A stretch of 64,000 bases of DNA, taken from positions 1-64,000 of the forward strand of contig OZ242195.1 of the NCBI GenBank assembly GCA_965205975.1, read 5' to 3'. Origin of the DNA: Candidatus Latescibacterota bacterium. Lineage in GTDB: Bacteria; Latescibacterota; UBA2968. The notes below the pieces were generated by a model. It searched no databases and was not told where the DNA came from. It saw only the letters and a program-made list of their open reading frames with translations. This document shows positions 37,572 through 48,165 of the stretch, piece after piece. A program made the position numbers and the translations under genes. Numbering within the stretch: position 1 is the stretch's first letter; each line of letters opens with the position of its first letter.

Positions 37572-38842
37572 TAAAGTGCGTTTAAGACGTCAAAATACGT
37601 GGGAAATGTTTTGTTGACGCAGTCGGGGTCGTTTATGACAATGCCGGGGATTTTTAGGCCGATCAGCGATAGGCTCATCGCCATGCGGTGGTCGTCGTAC
37701 GTGTCCAGTTCCGCGGGTTGGATGTGGTCTGCGGGATAGACTGTGAGGCCATCGGCGCGGGTGTCAACGCGCACGCCGAGTTTGTTCAGTTCGGTTTTGA
37801 GTGCGGCGATGCGGTCGGTTTCATGGAGGCGGAGGACGGCTACGTTGCGTACGCTGATTGGATCAGAGGCAAACGGGGCCAGGGCGCACAGGGTTGGCAC
37901 GATGTCGGGCGTGGCGTTCATGTCGATGTCGAGGCCCGACAGGCGGCCTGTTCCACGCACTGCAATGCCTTCGGGGTCTTTGTTTACATCACATCCCATT
38001 TTGGAGAGGATATCGACAAAGCCGATGTCGCCTTGAATGGATTGCGCCGTTAAATTGGGTACGCGCACGCGACCGCGGGTGAGTGCGGCTGCGGCAAAGA
38101 AATAAGAGGCATTGGACGCATCGGGTTCGATCTGGTAGGTGCGGGAATGATAGCGCTGGCCAGCGCGTATGGTGAAAGAGCGGTAATTATTATTGGTGAT
38201 TTCAATGCCGAAGTCGCGCATGACGGCAATGGTGAGGTCGATATACGGTTTGGATACGAGGTCGCCTTTGACGTGGATTTCGACATCGGTTTGGGCGTAG
38301 GATGCCACCTGAAGCAGGGCCGTGAAATACTGGCTGCTTTTGTTGCCGTTCATGGTGGTGCGGCCGCCTTTGAGGCCAGAGGCGACGATGAGCGCGGGGG
38401 GGCATAGCCCGTCCTTGCCTTCACAGCGCGCGGTTACGCCGAGGGGGGTGAGGCCGTCGAGGAGGTCCTGAATGGGGCGCTCGCGCATCCGTTCGACGCC
38501 GTCTATGGTATAGGTTCCGGTGCCCAGGCCGAGATATGCCGCGAGAAAGCGCGCTGAGGTGCCCGAGTTGCCAATGTGAAGTTCTGCCTGATCAGCGGGG
38601 ATGTGCCCGCCTGTGCCATAGACGCGAAATGTGTTATCTGACTCATCTACGCGAATGCCCAGATCGCGCAGGGCATTGGCCATATATCGCGTGTCATCGC
38701 TCATGAGTGCGTTGTTGAGGTGGCTGATACCGTCTGCGAGGGCGGCGATTAGCAAAACGCGGTTGGTGATGCTTTTAGAACCCGGAATCGCGACATCTGC
38801 ATTGATTGGGGTTGTCAGGGGTTGGATTTTAAGAGTTTTCAT
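37568..38842 (-). CDS. aroA: 3-phosphoshikimate 1-carboxyvinyltransferase
   Basis: PGSKSITNR, GNSGTSARF, SSQYFTALL, SKPYIDLT, ETDRI, DDHRMAM, KTFP. Confidence 0.97.
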   Translation of the reverse strand: MKTLKIQPLTTPINADVAIPGSKSITNRVLLIAALADGISHLNNALMSDDTRYMANALRDLGIRVDESDNTFRVYGTGGHIPADQAELHIGNSGTSARFLAAYLGLGTGTYTIDGVERMRERPIQDLLDGLTPLGVTARCEGKDGLCPPALIVASGLKGGRTTMNGNKSSQYFTALLQVASYAQTDVEIHVKGDLVSKPYIDLTIAVMRDFGIEITNNNYRSFTIRAGQRYHSRTYQIEPDASNASYFFAAAALTRGRVRVPNLTAQSIQGDIGFVDILSKMGCDVNKDPEGIAVRGTGRLSGLDIDMNATPDIVPTLCALAPFASDPISVRNVAVLRLHETDRIAALKTELNKLGVRVDTRADGLTVYPADHIQPAELDTYDDHRMAMSLSLIGLKIPGIVINDPDCVNKTFPTYFDVLNALY

Positions 38843-39082
38843 AGGTAGGAAAATAAATTAAAAATTAAAAATGAACAAGGCACAATGGTTGCCCTGTCGG
38901 TGTTTTTTCGATGTCCTGTTTTAATGGCGTTACACCCTGCCATTCTGTCGCTTGATTTTTCTATCACTCGGTTTTAGATTAGAAAGCAGATTGTGATATT
39001 CTCTCCTAATTCTTTTCCCTCTCTCCAATTTCTTTTTTTCGAGATGCCCTCCCCCAACATCTCCATTTACGGGAGCGTGTTG

Positions 39083-42000
39083 ATGAAATCCTCTGACTTT
39101 GTCCATTTGCATAGCCACACGATGTATAGCCTGCTCGATGGTGCGTCGAGAATAGAAGATATTGCCCAGGTAGCCGCCGAATGGGGCATGCCTGCGGTTG
39201 CGATGACCGATCACGGCAATCTTTTCGGTGCCATTGATTTTTATCGGGCGATGAGAGATGTGGGCGTCAATCCGATTATTGGGTGCGAAGTTTATTGCGC
39301 GATTGGGAGCCGATTTGACAGAAAATCTGCGCCGGGTCTTCAGGGCAATTCGAACCATCTGGTTTTGCTGGTGAAAAATTATACGGGCTATAAAAATTTG
39401 ATCAAGTTGGTATCTGCCGGGTATCTCGAGGGCTTTTATTACAATCCCCGCATAGACAAAGATTTGCTGCGCCAGCATTCGGAAGGGCTGATTTGCCTGT
39501 CGGCGTGCATCGGGGGCGAGATCCCCTATTTGATCGAACGCGAGGGATACAAAGCGGCGCAAAAGGCTGTGGAAACATATCTCGATATTTTTGGCGATGA
39601 TTATTATCTGGAGATTCAGCGGCACGGCATTGATAAAGAAAAAAAGATCAATCCCGGATTGGTCAAGCTACACGAGGAGATGGGTGTGCCTCTGGTGGCG
39701 ACGAATGATTCGCATTTTACGCGGGCTGAAGACCACGAAGCGCATGCGGCTCTCGTCGCTATTCAGACGGGTAAGACATTGGACGATCCCAAGCGCATGT
39801 GTTATCCCGAAGGCGTGTATTTTAAGTCGGCAGAAGAGATGTACGAGCTGTTTCGGGATATGCCGCACGTTTTGGAACCCACGCTCGAAATTGCCGAAAA
39901 ATGCAATCTGGAGATTTCTTTTGATGAATACCGCGCGCCCGATTTTCCCTTGCCAGAGAGGTATGATGCGGCCAGCGATTATCTCGGCGATCTGGCGCGC
40001 GCGGGGATGGAGGCGCGGTGTAAATCTGTGACCTCTGAGCATGAGGAACGCCTGAAGTTTGAGTTGGACGTGATCGATCAGACGGGATATCCGGGCTATT
40101 TTTTGATTTTGCACGATTTGATGCAGTTTTCCAATGCCTCAGATATCCGCGCAGGCGCGCGTGGGTCTGCTGTGAGTAGTCTGGTGGCTTACGCACTGGG
40201 CATAACGGCTGTGGATCCCATCGAATACGGGCTGGTGTTTGAGCGATTTTTGAATCCCGAGCGGATTTCGCCGCCCGATATCGATCTCGATATCGCTGAC
40301 CGCGATCGCGAGCAGGTCATCGATTACGTGGTGCAAAAATACGGGCGCGACAATGTGTGTCAGGTCATTACGTTTGGCACTATGGGCGCGAAGGGCGTGA
40401 TCCGCGATGTGGGGCGGGTGTTGGACCGGCCATTTGCAGAAGTTGATAAAATTTCAAAGCTGGTGCCTGCAGAATTGAAGATGACGCTCAATAAAGCACT
40501 CGATCAGGTGCCTGAGTTGCGTCAGATTGCAGAAGATGGGGACACGGGGCAAAAGATGATCGGCATAGGAAAGCAACTCGAAGGGCTAGCGCGCCATGCG
40601 TCGATTCACGCGGCTGCGGTGGTGATTACGCCCGAGCCTGTGACCGAGTTTATGCCCGTTTACAAAGCGCCCAAGGGCGGCGAGGTGATGACGCAGTACA
40701 ATATGCACCATGTGGAAGACCTGGGCTTTTTGAAGATGGATTTTTTGGGGCTTCGCAATTTGACGGTGATTGACGATGCCGTGAAGATGGTGAAGGAGAA
40801 TTACGGCGTGGATGTGGATGTGGATAATTTGCCTCTGGACGATGAGGCGACCTATCGCCTGTTTGGTCGGGGCGATACGACCGGAGTGTTCCAGTTTGAA
40901 AGCGCGGGCATGAAGGGCTATTTGCAACAACTGAAGCCGGATACGATTGGTGATATTATTGCGATGAACGCGCTTTATCGCCCGGGACCGATGCAGTATA
41001 TTCCCAACTACGTTGACCGCAAGCACGGGCGGGAAGAGGTGACATATAACGACGAGAAGATGCGCCCGGCTCTGGAGGAGACGTACGGCATCATTACTTA
41101 TCAGGAACAGGTGCAACGCCTGTGCCGCGACCTCGCTGGATTTACACTTGCCAAAGCCGATGGCATCCGCAAGGCCATGGGGAAGAAGTTGGCCGATGTG
41201 ATGGAACAGTATCGGCTCGAATTTTTAGAGGGTGCGACAGCCAATGGCGTTGAAAAAACAGTCGCACAACAGATATGGCAAGATATCGAGGTTTTCTCGG
41301 GCTATGGGTTCAACAAGGCGCACAGTGCGGGCTATTCGATGGTGGCTTACCAGTGCGCGTATCTCAAGGCGCATTATCCGGCCGAGTTTATGGCGGCCAA
41401 TCTCAACAGTGAAATTGGCGATATCGAGCGTCTGGTCGTTCTGGTCGAAGAATGCCGCCGGATGGGTCTGGACGTATTACCTCCGGATGTGAATGAAGGG
41501 CAGGTCGATTTTATGGCTGCCAAAAACGAGATTCGAATGGGTATGGCTGCTATTCGCAATGTGGGGCGTAGCGCGGTTCAAGCGATTGTAGCTGCGCGTG
41601 AAGATGGGCCTTTTGAGTCGCTATTTGATTTTTGCGACCGCGTGGATTCTCAGGCTGTGAATAGGCGGTGTGTTGAAAGTCTGATTAAAGCCGGTGCTTA
41701 TGATTGCGTGCCCGGGCATCGCGCGCAGTTGTTCGGAGCCTTAGACCGCGCACTGGAGATGGCGCAATCTGTACAGGCTGATCGTGCCCGGGGGCAAATT
41801 TCCATGTTTGAAATGGTCGAGATGCAGACGCAGGCGGTGAACGACCAATCGTTACCCGAGGTTGAGGAATGGACTGAGAGAGAACGCCTCGCTTATGAAA
41901 AAGATATGCTGGGCTTTTATCTTTCGGGACATCCGCTGGAACGCTACAGAACCGATTTGTCGGAGATGGGTATGCGGTCGGTAAATGATCTGACGGGATT

Positions 42001-42586
42001 GCCCGATGGTGCAGAGGTGCAGATTGGGGGCGTTTTAACCGAAGTTAAACCGCATACGACACGCGATGGTCGGCCCATGGCTTTTGGCACGCTGGAAGAT
42101 TTGAGCGGCGCGGTTGACCTCGTGGTGTTTTCCGATCATTTTGAAAAATTGCGCGAGCAACTGCTGGCCGATGAAATGGTGGTTTTACAAGGTCGGTTTT
42201 CCGCACGCAATGGCCGGTCTTCGGTGCAGGTTGAGAATGTGATGCCTATTGAGCAAGCGCGCGAGCAACTGGCCGATACCGTCAATGTGATGTTGTCGGG
42301 TGATTTAATACGGATGGAGCGACTCAAATCACTGCATACTCTGTGTCTGAAACATCCGGGCAACTGTCAGTTGCGATTACATCTGAAATTGGAGCGCGAC
42401 CACTCCACCATCATCCTGTCCCGTCAGGTTCAGGTGTTGCCTTCCGATGTCTTGTTGCGAGAAATTGCCGAACTCACGGGTGGCAGGGCCAATGCGTGGG
42501 TATCAACTGAGGCGGGGCGCGCTCGACGCGCGGCGAGACGCCAATCCGATGAAATGGTCTTAGAAGAGGGACTTGTAACGGCGTGA
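39083..42586 (+). CDS. dnaE: DNA polymerase III alpha subunit
   Basis: PHP domain HLHSHTMYSLLDG and TDHGN; FERFLNPERISPPDIDLD; KMDFLGL; YGFNKAHS; OB fold; no intein seen. Confidence 0.98.
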   Translation: MKSSDFVHLHSHTMYSLLDGASRIEDIAQVAAEWGMPAVAMTDHGNLFGAIDFYRAMRDVGVNPIIGCEVYCAIGSRFDRKSAPGLQGNSNHLVLLVKNYTGYKNLIKLVSAGYLEGFYYNPRIDKDLLRQHSEGLICLSACIGGEIPYLIEREGYKAAQKAVETYLDIFGDDYYLEIQRHGIDKEKKINPGLVKLHEEMGVPLVATNDSHFTRAEDHEAHAALVAIQTGKTLDDPKRMCYPEGVYFKSAEEMYELFRDMPHVLEPTLEIAEKCNLEISFDEYRAPDFPLPERYDAASDYLGDLARAGMEARCKSVTSEHEERLKFELDVIDQTGYPGYFLILHDLMQFSNASDIRAGARGSAVSSLVAYALGITAVDPIEYGLVFERFLNPERISPPDIDLDIADRDREQVIDYVVQKYGRDNVCQVITFGTMGAKGVIRDVGRVLDRPFAEVDKISKLVPAELKMTLNKALDQVPELRQIAEDGDTGQKMIGIGKQLEGLARHASIHAAAVVITPEPVTEFMPVYKAPKGGEVMTQYNMHHVEDLGFLKMDFLGLRNLTVIDDAVKMVKENYGVDVDVDNLPLDDEATYRLFGRGDTTGVFQFESAGMKGYLQQLKPDTIGDIIAMNALYRPGPMQYIPNYVDRKHGREEVTYNDEKMRPALEETYGIITYQEQVQRLCRDLAGFTLAKADGIRKAMGKKLADVMEQYRLEFLEGATANGVEKTVAQQIWQDIEVFSGYGFNKAHSAGYSMVAYQCAYLKAHYPAEFMAANLNSEIGDIERLVVLVEECRRMGLDVLPPDVNEGQVDFMAAKNEIRMGMAAIRNVGRSAVQAIVAAREDGPFESLFDFCDRVDSQAVNRRCVESLIKAGAYDCVPGHRAQLFGALDRALEMAQSVQADRARGQISMFEMVEMQTQAVNDQSLPEVEEWTERERLAYEKDMLGFYLSGHPLERYRTDLSEMGMRSVNDLTGLPDGAEVQIGGVLTEVKPHTTRDGRPMAFGTLEDLSGAVDLVVFSDHFEKLREQLLADEMVVLQGRFSARNGRSSVQVENVMPIEQAREQLADTVNVMLSGDLIRMERLKSLHTLCLKHPGNCQLRLHLKLERDHSTIILSRQVQVLPSDVLLREIAELTGGRANAWVSTEAGRARRAARRQSDEMVLEEGLVTA

Positions 42587-42619
42587 TGGGAGGTGAGAGT
42601 AGCATCCGCAGATAGACGC

Positions 42620-42657
42620 AAAAAAAAGGCGAGAGGCCATCCGGCCTCTCGCCTTTT
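42620..42657. terminator. Bidirectional intrinsic terminator between dnaE and rodA
   Basis: AAAAAAAAGGCGAGAGGCC-atcc-GGCCTCTCGCCTTTT. Confidence 0.85.
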
Positions 42658-42675
42658 GCATTTTACATCACACCC

Positions 42676-43896
42676 TTAATAATCCTCATACCTGTTGGCG
42701 TAAATGTTGAGTAACAGACCAACGAGAATCATATTTGTGATGAGCGTGGAGCCTCCGTAGCTCAGGAAAGGCAATGGGAGGCCCGTGACGGGCATGATGC
42801 CAATGGTCATGCCGATGTTGACAAAAATGTGGAAGAGGAGAATGGTCGCCAGCCCGATCGCAATCAAGCTGGAGAAGCGGTTTTTGGTCTGGACGGCAAT
42901 GGACAAGGCACGCCATAAGATGAATATAAACAATGCCAAAATAAAAAAGGCACCGAGAAATCCGAATTCTTCGCATATAACGGAAAAAATAAAGTCGGTG
43001 TGTTGTTCCGGTAAAAAGGCGAGTTTGGTTTGTGTGCCTTCTAAAAATCCCTTGCCTGTGAGGCCGCCAGACCCAATGGCGATTTTGGACTGAATGACCT
43101 GATAGCCCGCGCCGAGTTTGTCCATATCGGGGTCGAGAAAGGTGAGGATGCGGCGTTTTTGGTAGTCGTGGAGTTTGTTTTCCCATACATAAGGTGCGGC
43201 GATAGCAACCGTGAGATTGACCAATAGCAAGATGCTTGCGGTGAATAAACGGGGGCGTTCATAGAGAAGGAGGCCAATGAGAATTACTACTATTGCGGCC
43301 AGCATCCAGGGGTGAAAAGCACATATCAGGGTGAGGGCAGGAGAGACTAAAAAAAACAGATGTATGGGTCTGGCACCGGCCCAGAAGAACATGGGTAGGA
43401 TGAGGATGCTAAAAACCAGAGCGGTACCCAGATCGGGTTGCTTAAAGACGAGCAATATGGGCAAGAGAACGAGCAACAGAGGTGGGACAAAGGCACGTGC
43501 GCGGGTCAGGTCGCGGTTGGGATAGGCCAAAAAGCGTGCGAGTACCAGGACGGTCGTTATCTTGGCGAATTCAGAAGGTTGTATGTGAATAGGACCAATG
43601 TTGAACCAGCGCCGGTCCCCCAATTCGAGCACGAGTATCAAAAGTGTAACTGTCAGGCCATAGAGGACATACGCAAAGGCGTAAAAAAGTTTGAGGGGAA
43701 TGACCATGGTGATGATCATGGCAATCAACCCGAGTAAAGCCCAGATAATTTGCTTTTCATAAATATTGCCGGCCAGGCCCAGATCCCAATTGTAGCTGGC
43801 ACTGTATATGGTGGTAATGCCCATACCAATGCCCAGGCATATCGCTGAGAGGAGGCCGATGTCGAGGTCGCGTCGAACAAAAAGAGAAAGATTCAC
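42676..43896 (-). CDS. rodA: Rod shape-determining SEDS protein RodA
   Basis: IQPSEFAK, QPDLGT, GYQVIQSKIAIGSGG, LPEQHTDFIF, LPFLSYGGS; follows PBP2. Confidence 0.95.
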   Translation of the reverse strand: MNLSLFVRRDLDIGLLSAICLGIGMGITTIYSASYNWDLGLAGNIYEKQIIWALLGLIAMIITMVIPLKLFYAFAYVLYGLTVTLLILVLELGDRRWFNIGPIHIQPSEFAKITTVLVLARFLAYPNRDLTRARAFVPPLLLVLLPILLVFKQPDLGTALVFSILILPMFFWAGARPIHLFFLVSPALTLICAFHPWMLAAIVVILIGLLLYERPRLFTASILLLVNLTVAIAAPYVWENKLHDYQKRRILTFLDPDMDKLGAGYQVIQSKIAIGSGGLTGKGFLEGTQTKLAFLPEQHTDFIFSVICEEFGFLGAFFILALFIFILWRALSIAVQTKNRFSSLIAIGLATILLFHIFVNIGMTIGIMPVTGLPLPFLSYGGSTLITNMILVGLLLNIYANRYEDY

Positions 43897-43918
43897 AACT
43901 ACCTCGAAAAATGAGAGG

Positions 43919-45790
43919 TTACTGGTTAGTGACTACAAATAATTCGTCGGTGCGTTTTGGCTTTGGCACAGCTTGTTCAAAATAGGCTTCGAGCGTTTTT
44001 TGTGCAATAGGTGCGGCAACAAGGCCTCCCGAACCGCCGTTTTCAACAATTACGGCAATGGCAATGCGCGGGTTTTCTGCCGGTGCATAAGCGACAAACC
44101 AGGCGTGGTCTTCACCATGAGGATTTTGTGCAGTGCCTGTTTTTCCCGCAACGACAATATTGGGTAAACGGGCGCGATGACCAGTGCCGCCAGGGCTGTT
44201 GACCACATCTACCATTATGCTTCGCACTGTTTTAATCACCTCTTTCGAGATGGGTAGAGATGTGGTTTCCCCCTTTGTACCTTTGATTACCTGCGGAGTG
44301 GGTAACTGATCGGTTGCCAGTGCACTGGTATAGCGCACTACCTGAAGGGGAGTTGCCAGAAGTTCCCCTTGCCCAATGGTCAGGTTGAGCATATTGCCAC
44401 CAGCCAAGAAGCCGTGCCTTTGTTTGTAATAGGCGCGGTCGGGTAGCAGACCGCGTGCTTCACCATCGCCTCCCGAAGCAATGTCGATATTTGTCAATTC
44501 ACCAAATTTGAACATAGCGGCATATCGATGCCAGTCGTCAATACCCACTTTGCGGCCAAGTTGATAAAAGAATACATCACAAGATTTTACGAGTGCTTGC
44601 CGCAGGTTGATTGTTCCACAGCCTCTTTTGTTGTGACATCTAAATCGGCGATCACCGACAACCATGCCCCCTGTGCAGGGATGCAAGCGATATTCATCGG
44701 CTTTGAGTATGCCCATGTCCAAAGCGGCGATTGATGTTATCATTTTAAATACCGAAGCTGGTGGATATTCGCCCTTAAGGCTGCGATTGAGCAAGGGTTT
44801 GGATGGATCTGTTTGCAAAAGCTGCCACGCTTTGGGGTCTCGAATAGATCGCGGATGAAATCCGGGTTTGCTGACTATGGCGATGATTTCGCCAGACTGC
44901 GGATGCATCGCTACGAGGCTGCCGCGCATGCTGTCTGCAAAGGCGTGCTCGGCGGCATGTTGCACGCGCCAGTCGATCGTGAGCGACAGATCTTTGCCGG
45001 GAATAGGAGGATCTGTTTTTTCGGGGAAACTACCCACTTCGCGGCCTCTGGCATTTACTTCGATGTATTTGACGCCCTTATGGCCCCGCATTCGGTCTTC
45101 AAACATGCGCTCAATGCCTCGTTTTCCAATGCGGTCGTCGTAGCGATAGCCTTCTGCTTTCAGACGAGAATATTGCGAGGCGTTGATCAGCCCGAGATAG
45201 CCCAGAGTATGCGATGCTAATGGAAAGGAGTGACTCATGTGGTGCCGCGCGTGTGAAGATTCGGTGGATATTTCCGAGGGCGTGTCAAAGATGGGATAGC
45301 CCCTGCGGGGTTCAATTTGGATTTCGACACCGGGGAAATCATAGCGATTTTCTTCGATAATGGAAACGGCTTCAAAGTCAACATCGCGTTTGAGGTTGAT
45401 CGGATCGTAATAATGCCGGTTAGGAGATTGCAGTTTTTCTGTTATGGTTTCACAGGGCAGATCTACAATTTGCCCGAGGCGTTCGAGAAGCCCATTGCAT
45501 TTGCCTTCTTCAATATTTGCCAAAAAGCGAGGGGGAATGACCGAGATGTTATAAGACGGTCTGTTATCGACCAAAATGATGCCATTGCGGTCGCGGATCA
45601 GACCGCGATTGGCCTGGATGATGACGGGCTGCATGGTATTCTTTTCGGATTTAATGCGATACTGTTCCCATTCGGCGATCTGCAACATATAGAGACGGAT
45701 GCCCAATATGGCAAAGAGGAATGCCATTGCACCGAAAAGAATGCGTGCGCGCCGTGCGCGAATGCCGTTATGTGTGAAGTCATTCTGCAT
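43919..45790 (-). CDS. mrdA: Penicillin-binding protein 2
   Basis: TM anchor, RGLIRDRNG, SVFK (SxxK), SCD, KTGTAQ. Confidence 0.95.
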   Translation of the reverse strand: MQNDFTHNGIRARRARILFGAMAFLFAILGIRLYMLQIAEWEQYRIKSEKNTMQPVIIQANRGLIRDRNGIILVDNRPSYNISVIPPRFLANIEEGKCNGLLERLGQIVDLPCETITEKLQSPNRHYYDPINLKRDVDFEAVSIIEENRYDFPGVEIQIEPRRGYPIFDTPSEISTESSHARHHMSHSFPLASHTLGYLGLINASQYSRLKAEGYRYDDRIGKRGIERMFEDRMRGHKGVKYIEVNARGREVGSFPEKTDPPIPGKDLSLTIDWRVQHAAEHAFADSMRGSLVAMHPQSGEIIAIVSKPGFHPRSIRDPKAWQLLQTDPSKPLLNRSLKGEYPPASVFKMITSIAALDMGILKADEYRLHPCTGGMVVGDRRFRCHNKRGCGTINLRQALVKSCDVFFYQLGRKVGIDDWHRYAAMFKFGELTNIDIASGGDGEARGLLPDRAYYKQRHGFLAGGNMLNLTIGQGELLATPLQVVRYTSALATDQLPTPQVIKGTKGETTSLPISKEVIKTVRSIMVDVVNSPGGTGHRARLPNIVVAGKTGTAQNPHGEDHAWFVAYAPAENPRIAIAVIVENGGSGGLVAAPIAQKTLEAYFEQAVPKPKRTDELFVVTNQ

Positions 45791-46259
45791 GGGATTCAAT
45801 ATTGAGAAGTGAGAAAAAGGTGAGGACAAACGCCACTGCTGTGCCCAGCGCAGCAGTGTAAAGGCTTGTACCCAATCCGACGCTCAAAATTTTGATTGGT
45901 TGCAAAATAAATAAAAAGAAAATTATATCGTGTAGAAGTGTTGCTAAAAATAAAATAGTAGCCTGTGCTCGCAGGGTTTCTGCAGCGATGCCTCCGCGAC
46001 TATAACCCGCAAAAAAACCAATCAGGCTGTTGGCAAGGGCATTGGTGCCCAAACGCGAGCCGGGGTCGTATATGTCGATGAGCAATCCCGATATAAAACC
46101 CAGTGCTGTCGCTTCAATTTGTCCCCGGGTAAAGGCAATAAAAACCAGTATGATAATGACGATATCCGGTGCGATACCGTAAATTGCGAAGATATCGATC
46201 CAGGATGCCTGGAGAAGCAGAGCCAAACAAATGAACAAAATATTGCGGGCGATAATCAT
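45780..46259 (-). CDS. mreD: Rod shape-determining protein MreD
   Basis: Multi-TM protein with PDIVIII and GFISGLLIDI; directly upstream of mrdA. Confidence 0.85.
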   Translation of the reverse strand: MIIARNILFICLALLLQASWIDIFAIYGIAPDIVIIILVFIAFTRGQIEATALGFISGLLIDIYDPGSRLGTNALANSLIGFFAGYSRGGIAAETLRAQATILFLATLLHDIIFFLFILQPIKILSVGLGTSLYTAALGTAVAFVLTFFSLLNIESHAE

Positions 46260-46263
46260 ATGG

Positions 46264-46293
46264 GTAAGGGGCGGGTTTTAAACCCGCCCGTAC
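46264..46293. repeat. REP-like palindrome
   Basis: GTAAGGGGCGGGTTT-t-AAACCCGCCCGTAC. Confidence 0.65.
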
Positions 46294-46304
46294 GGTCAGT
46301 TTCA

Positions 46305-48152
46305 TTAATCCGCAATTTCTCTAACGCGAATGCGGGTGCCGGGCCGCAAGCGCGATGGGCTTCGAATGTCGTTCCAGGATTGTAGGGCTGCAACACTGGT
46401 ATCAAAAGCACGCGCAATGCTCCACAGGGTATCACCCGTGCGTACTGTATAAAAGATGGGAGATTCCGATGTTCCATCTTTGGGTACCCACAATGTGAGG
46501 CGATCGCCCGGGTGAATGGGACGATTGGTATTCAGATTATTCCACGCACGCAGGTGTGAAACCGTGATTCCTTTTCGTTTGGCAATCCCCCATAGGGTAT
46601 CGCCAGTACGCACAGTAACATTGATCTGGCGATAGTGTTTGGGGTCGGGCCTTTGGTCAATATTCTTTGTTTGAAATACTGGGCGCGCCTGTGTTGCAGC
46701 AGACAGGCGTTGGGCGTGGGGATACATTGGAATGCTGAGTTTCTGACCGATTTGCAGGCGACGAGGGTTGGTGATGCCATTGGCCGCTTGCAGATCGGAT
46801 GCCGACACCCCTACGCGGGATGCAATGCCCGATAAGGTGTCTCCGCGTTTGACCACATAGTCGATAAGTTGGATTTTTTTATGCTCTGGTATTTGTGCGT
46901 AAGTGGCTCTAAATTTCGCACCTGCGCCCTTTGGCACGCGCAAATTATAGGCGTTTCGCCGCATGGCGGGCGGTGTATATGGGCGGCGCAATTCGGGGTT
47001 GAGTTGTTTCAGCCAGGTGTAGGTAGTGCCCGCACATTCCGCTGCCAAATGCAGGTTCACAGGTTCTGTTAAAGCGACTTTGTCATAAGACAGGGGAGGT
47101 TGATAGACAACATCTTTAAAGCCAAAAAAAGCGGGATCTTTGGCAATGACGACAGCTGCCATAAACTTGGGTACATGATTGCGGGTTTCTCTGGGCAGTA
47201 CGTCGATTTCCCAAAAGTCGCGGGTTTTAGATTTTGCAATGGCGCGATCCATCCGGCCCTGTCCGCAGTTGTAGGCTGCGACAACCAGATGCCAATCTTT
47301 AAAGTGCTCGTATAGGTGATTGAGATGTCGCGCAGCAGCATGTGTGGATTTTTCGGGGTTCATGCGATCGTCGATATAGGTGTTGCGTCGCAGGCCATAG
47401 AGCAAGCCAGTGCGGTACATAAATTGCCACATGCCCAGGGCGTATGCACGCGAGAGCGCGCGGGGATTAAATCCACTTTCGATCATGGCTTTGTACGCGA
47501 GGTCCACAGGCAAGCCCTGTTCGCGGAAAATTGTCTGGATCATGGGCAAATAGGCGGTGGAGCGAGACAGACTGCGTTCAAAGAAGTCGCGCTTTTCCGT
47601 GAGGAAATATTGGATATAAGCTCTGACTTCGGGTGTCAGGTCAATAGGTACATCGGCTTGCCCTGCCAGTACTCTTATTTTTAGTTCACGATAGTGCGGA
47701 TGATGCAAGAGGTCGGCAACTATAGATTCGGGAAGGGTATTGAGCAGGGTTGCCAGCGGTGTATGCGGCGGTATGGGCGCACGGGACAGAATCGCGTGAT
47801 AGCGTTCGAGTGTGAAACGCATTATCGCGGTCCATTTGGCGGCTGTATTCGGTTCGGCAACAAAACGCTGGCGCAACATGTGCGCTGCCGTATCGAGTAG
47901 AGCTCTTACGCGAAGAGAGTGGGTTTCGGCGGCGGCGTTTTGAAGCAGGTCATAGAGACGGTCGCCCGTGGGCTCTATATCTTCTATCAATACGGGCTTT
48001 GTTGGTATAATGGGTTCTGCAACTTTTGGCACAGTTACGGGTGCAGGCGCAGGTGCAGGCGCAGGTGCAGGCGCAGGTGCAAGAGGGGTGCGTGCGGTGG
48101 TTGCACAACCGCCAAAAATTAGAACTGCAATAAGACACAGGTTATACCGCAT
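46305..48152 (-). CDS. MltD-like lytic transglycosylase lipoprotein with three LysM domains
   Basis: Lipobox FGGC; (PA)n linker from a 12-bp repeat; IESGFNP, GMWQFM, AAYNCG, ETRNHVPK; three V..GDTL LysM motifs. Confidence 0.9.
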   Translation of the reverse strand: MRYNLCLIAVLIFGGCATTARTPLAPAPAPAPAPAPAPVTVPKVAEPIIPTKPVLIEDIEPTGDRLYDLLQNAAAETHSLRVRALLDTAAHMLRQRFVAEPNTAAKWTAIMRFTLERYHAILSRAPIPPHTPLATLLNTLPESIVADLLHHPHYRELKIRVLAGQADVPIDLTPEVRAYIQYFLTEKRDFFERSLSRSTAYLPMIQTIFREQGLPVDLAYKAMIESGFNPRALSRAYALGMWQFMYRTGLLYGLRRNTYIDDRMNPEKSTHAAARHLNHLYEHFKDWHLVVAAYNCGQGRMDRAIAKSKTRDFWEIDVLPRETRNHVPKFMAAVVIAKDPAFFGFKDVVYQPPLSYDKVALTEPVNLHLAAECAGTTYTWLKQLNPELRRPYTPPAMRRNAYNLRVPKGAGAKFRATYAQIPEHKKIQLIDYVVKRGDTLSGIASRVGVSASDLQAANGITNPRRLQIGQKLSIPMYPHAQRLSAATQARPVFQTKNIDQRPDPKHYRQINVTVRTGDTLWGIAKRKGITVSHLRAWNNLNTNRPIHPGDRLTLWVPKDGTSESPIFYTVRTGDTLWSIARAFDTSVAALQSWNDIRSPSRLRPGTRIRVREIAD

Positions 48153-48165
48153 GGCCGTATTCGCG

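Noticed and set aside
39083..42586. Possible intein or split in dnaE
   Set aside because: Length (1167 aa) and motif continuity are normal
48039..48081. 12-bp tandem repeat GGTGCAGGCGCA
   Set aside because: Encodes an ordinary in-frame Pro-Ala linker in the transglycosylase
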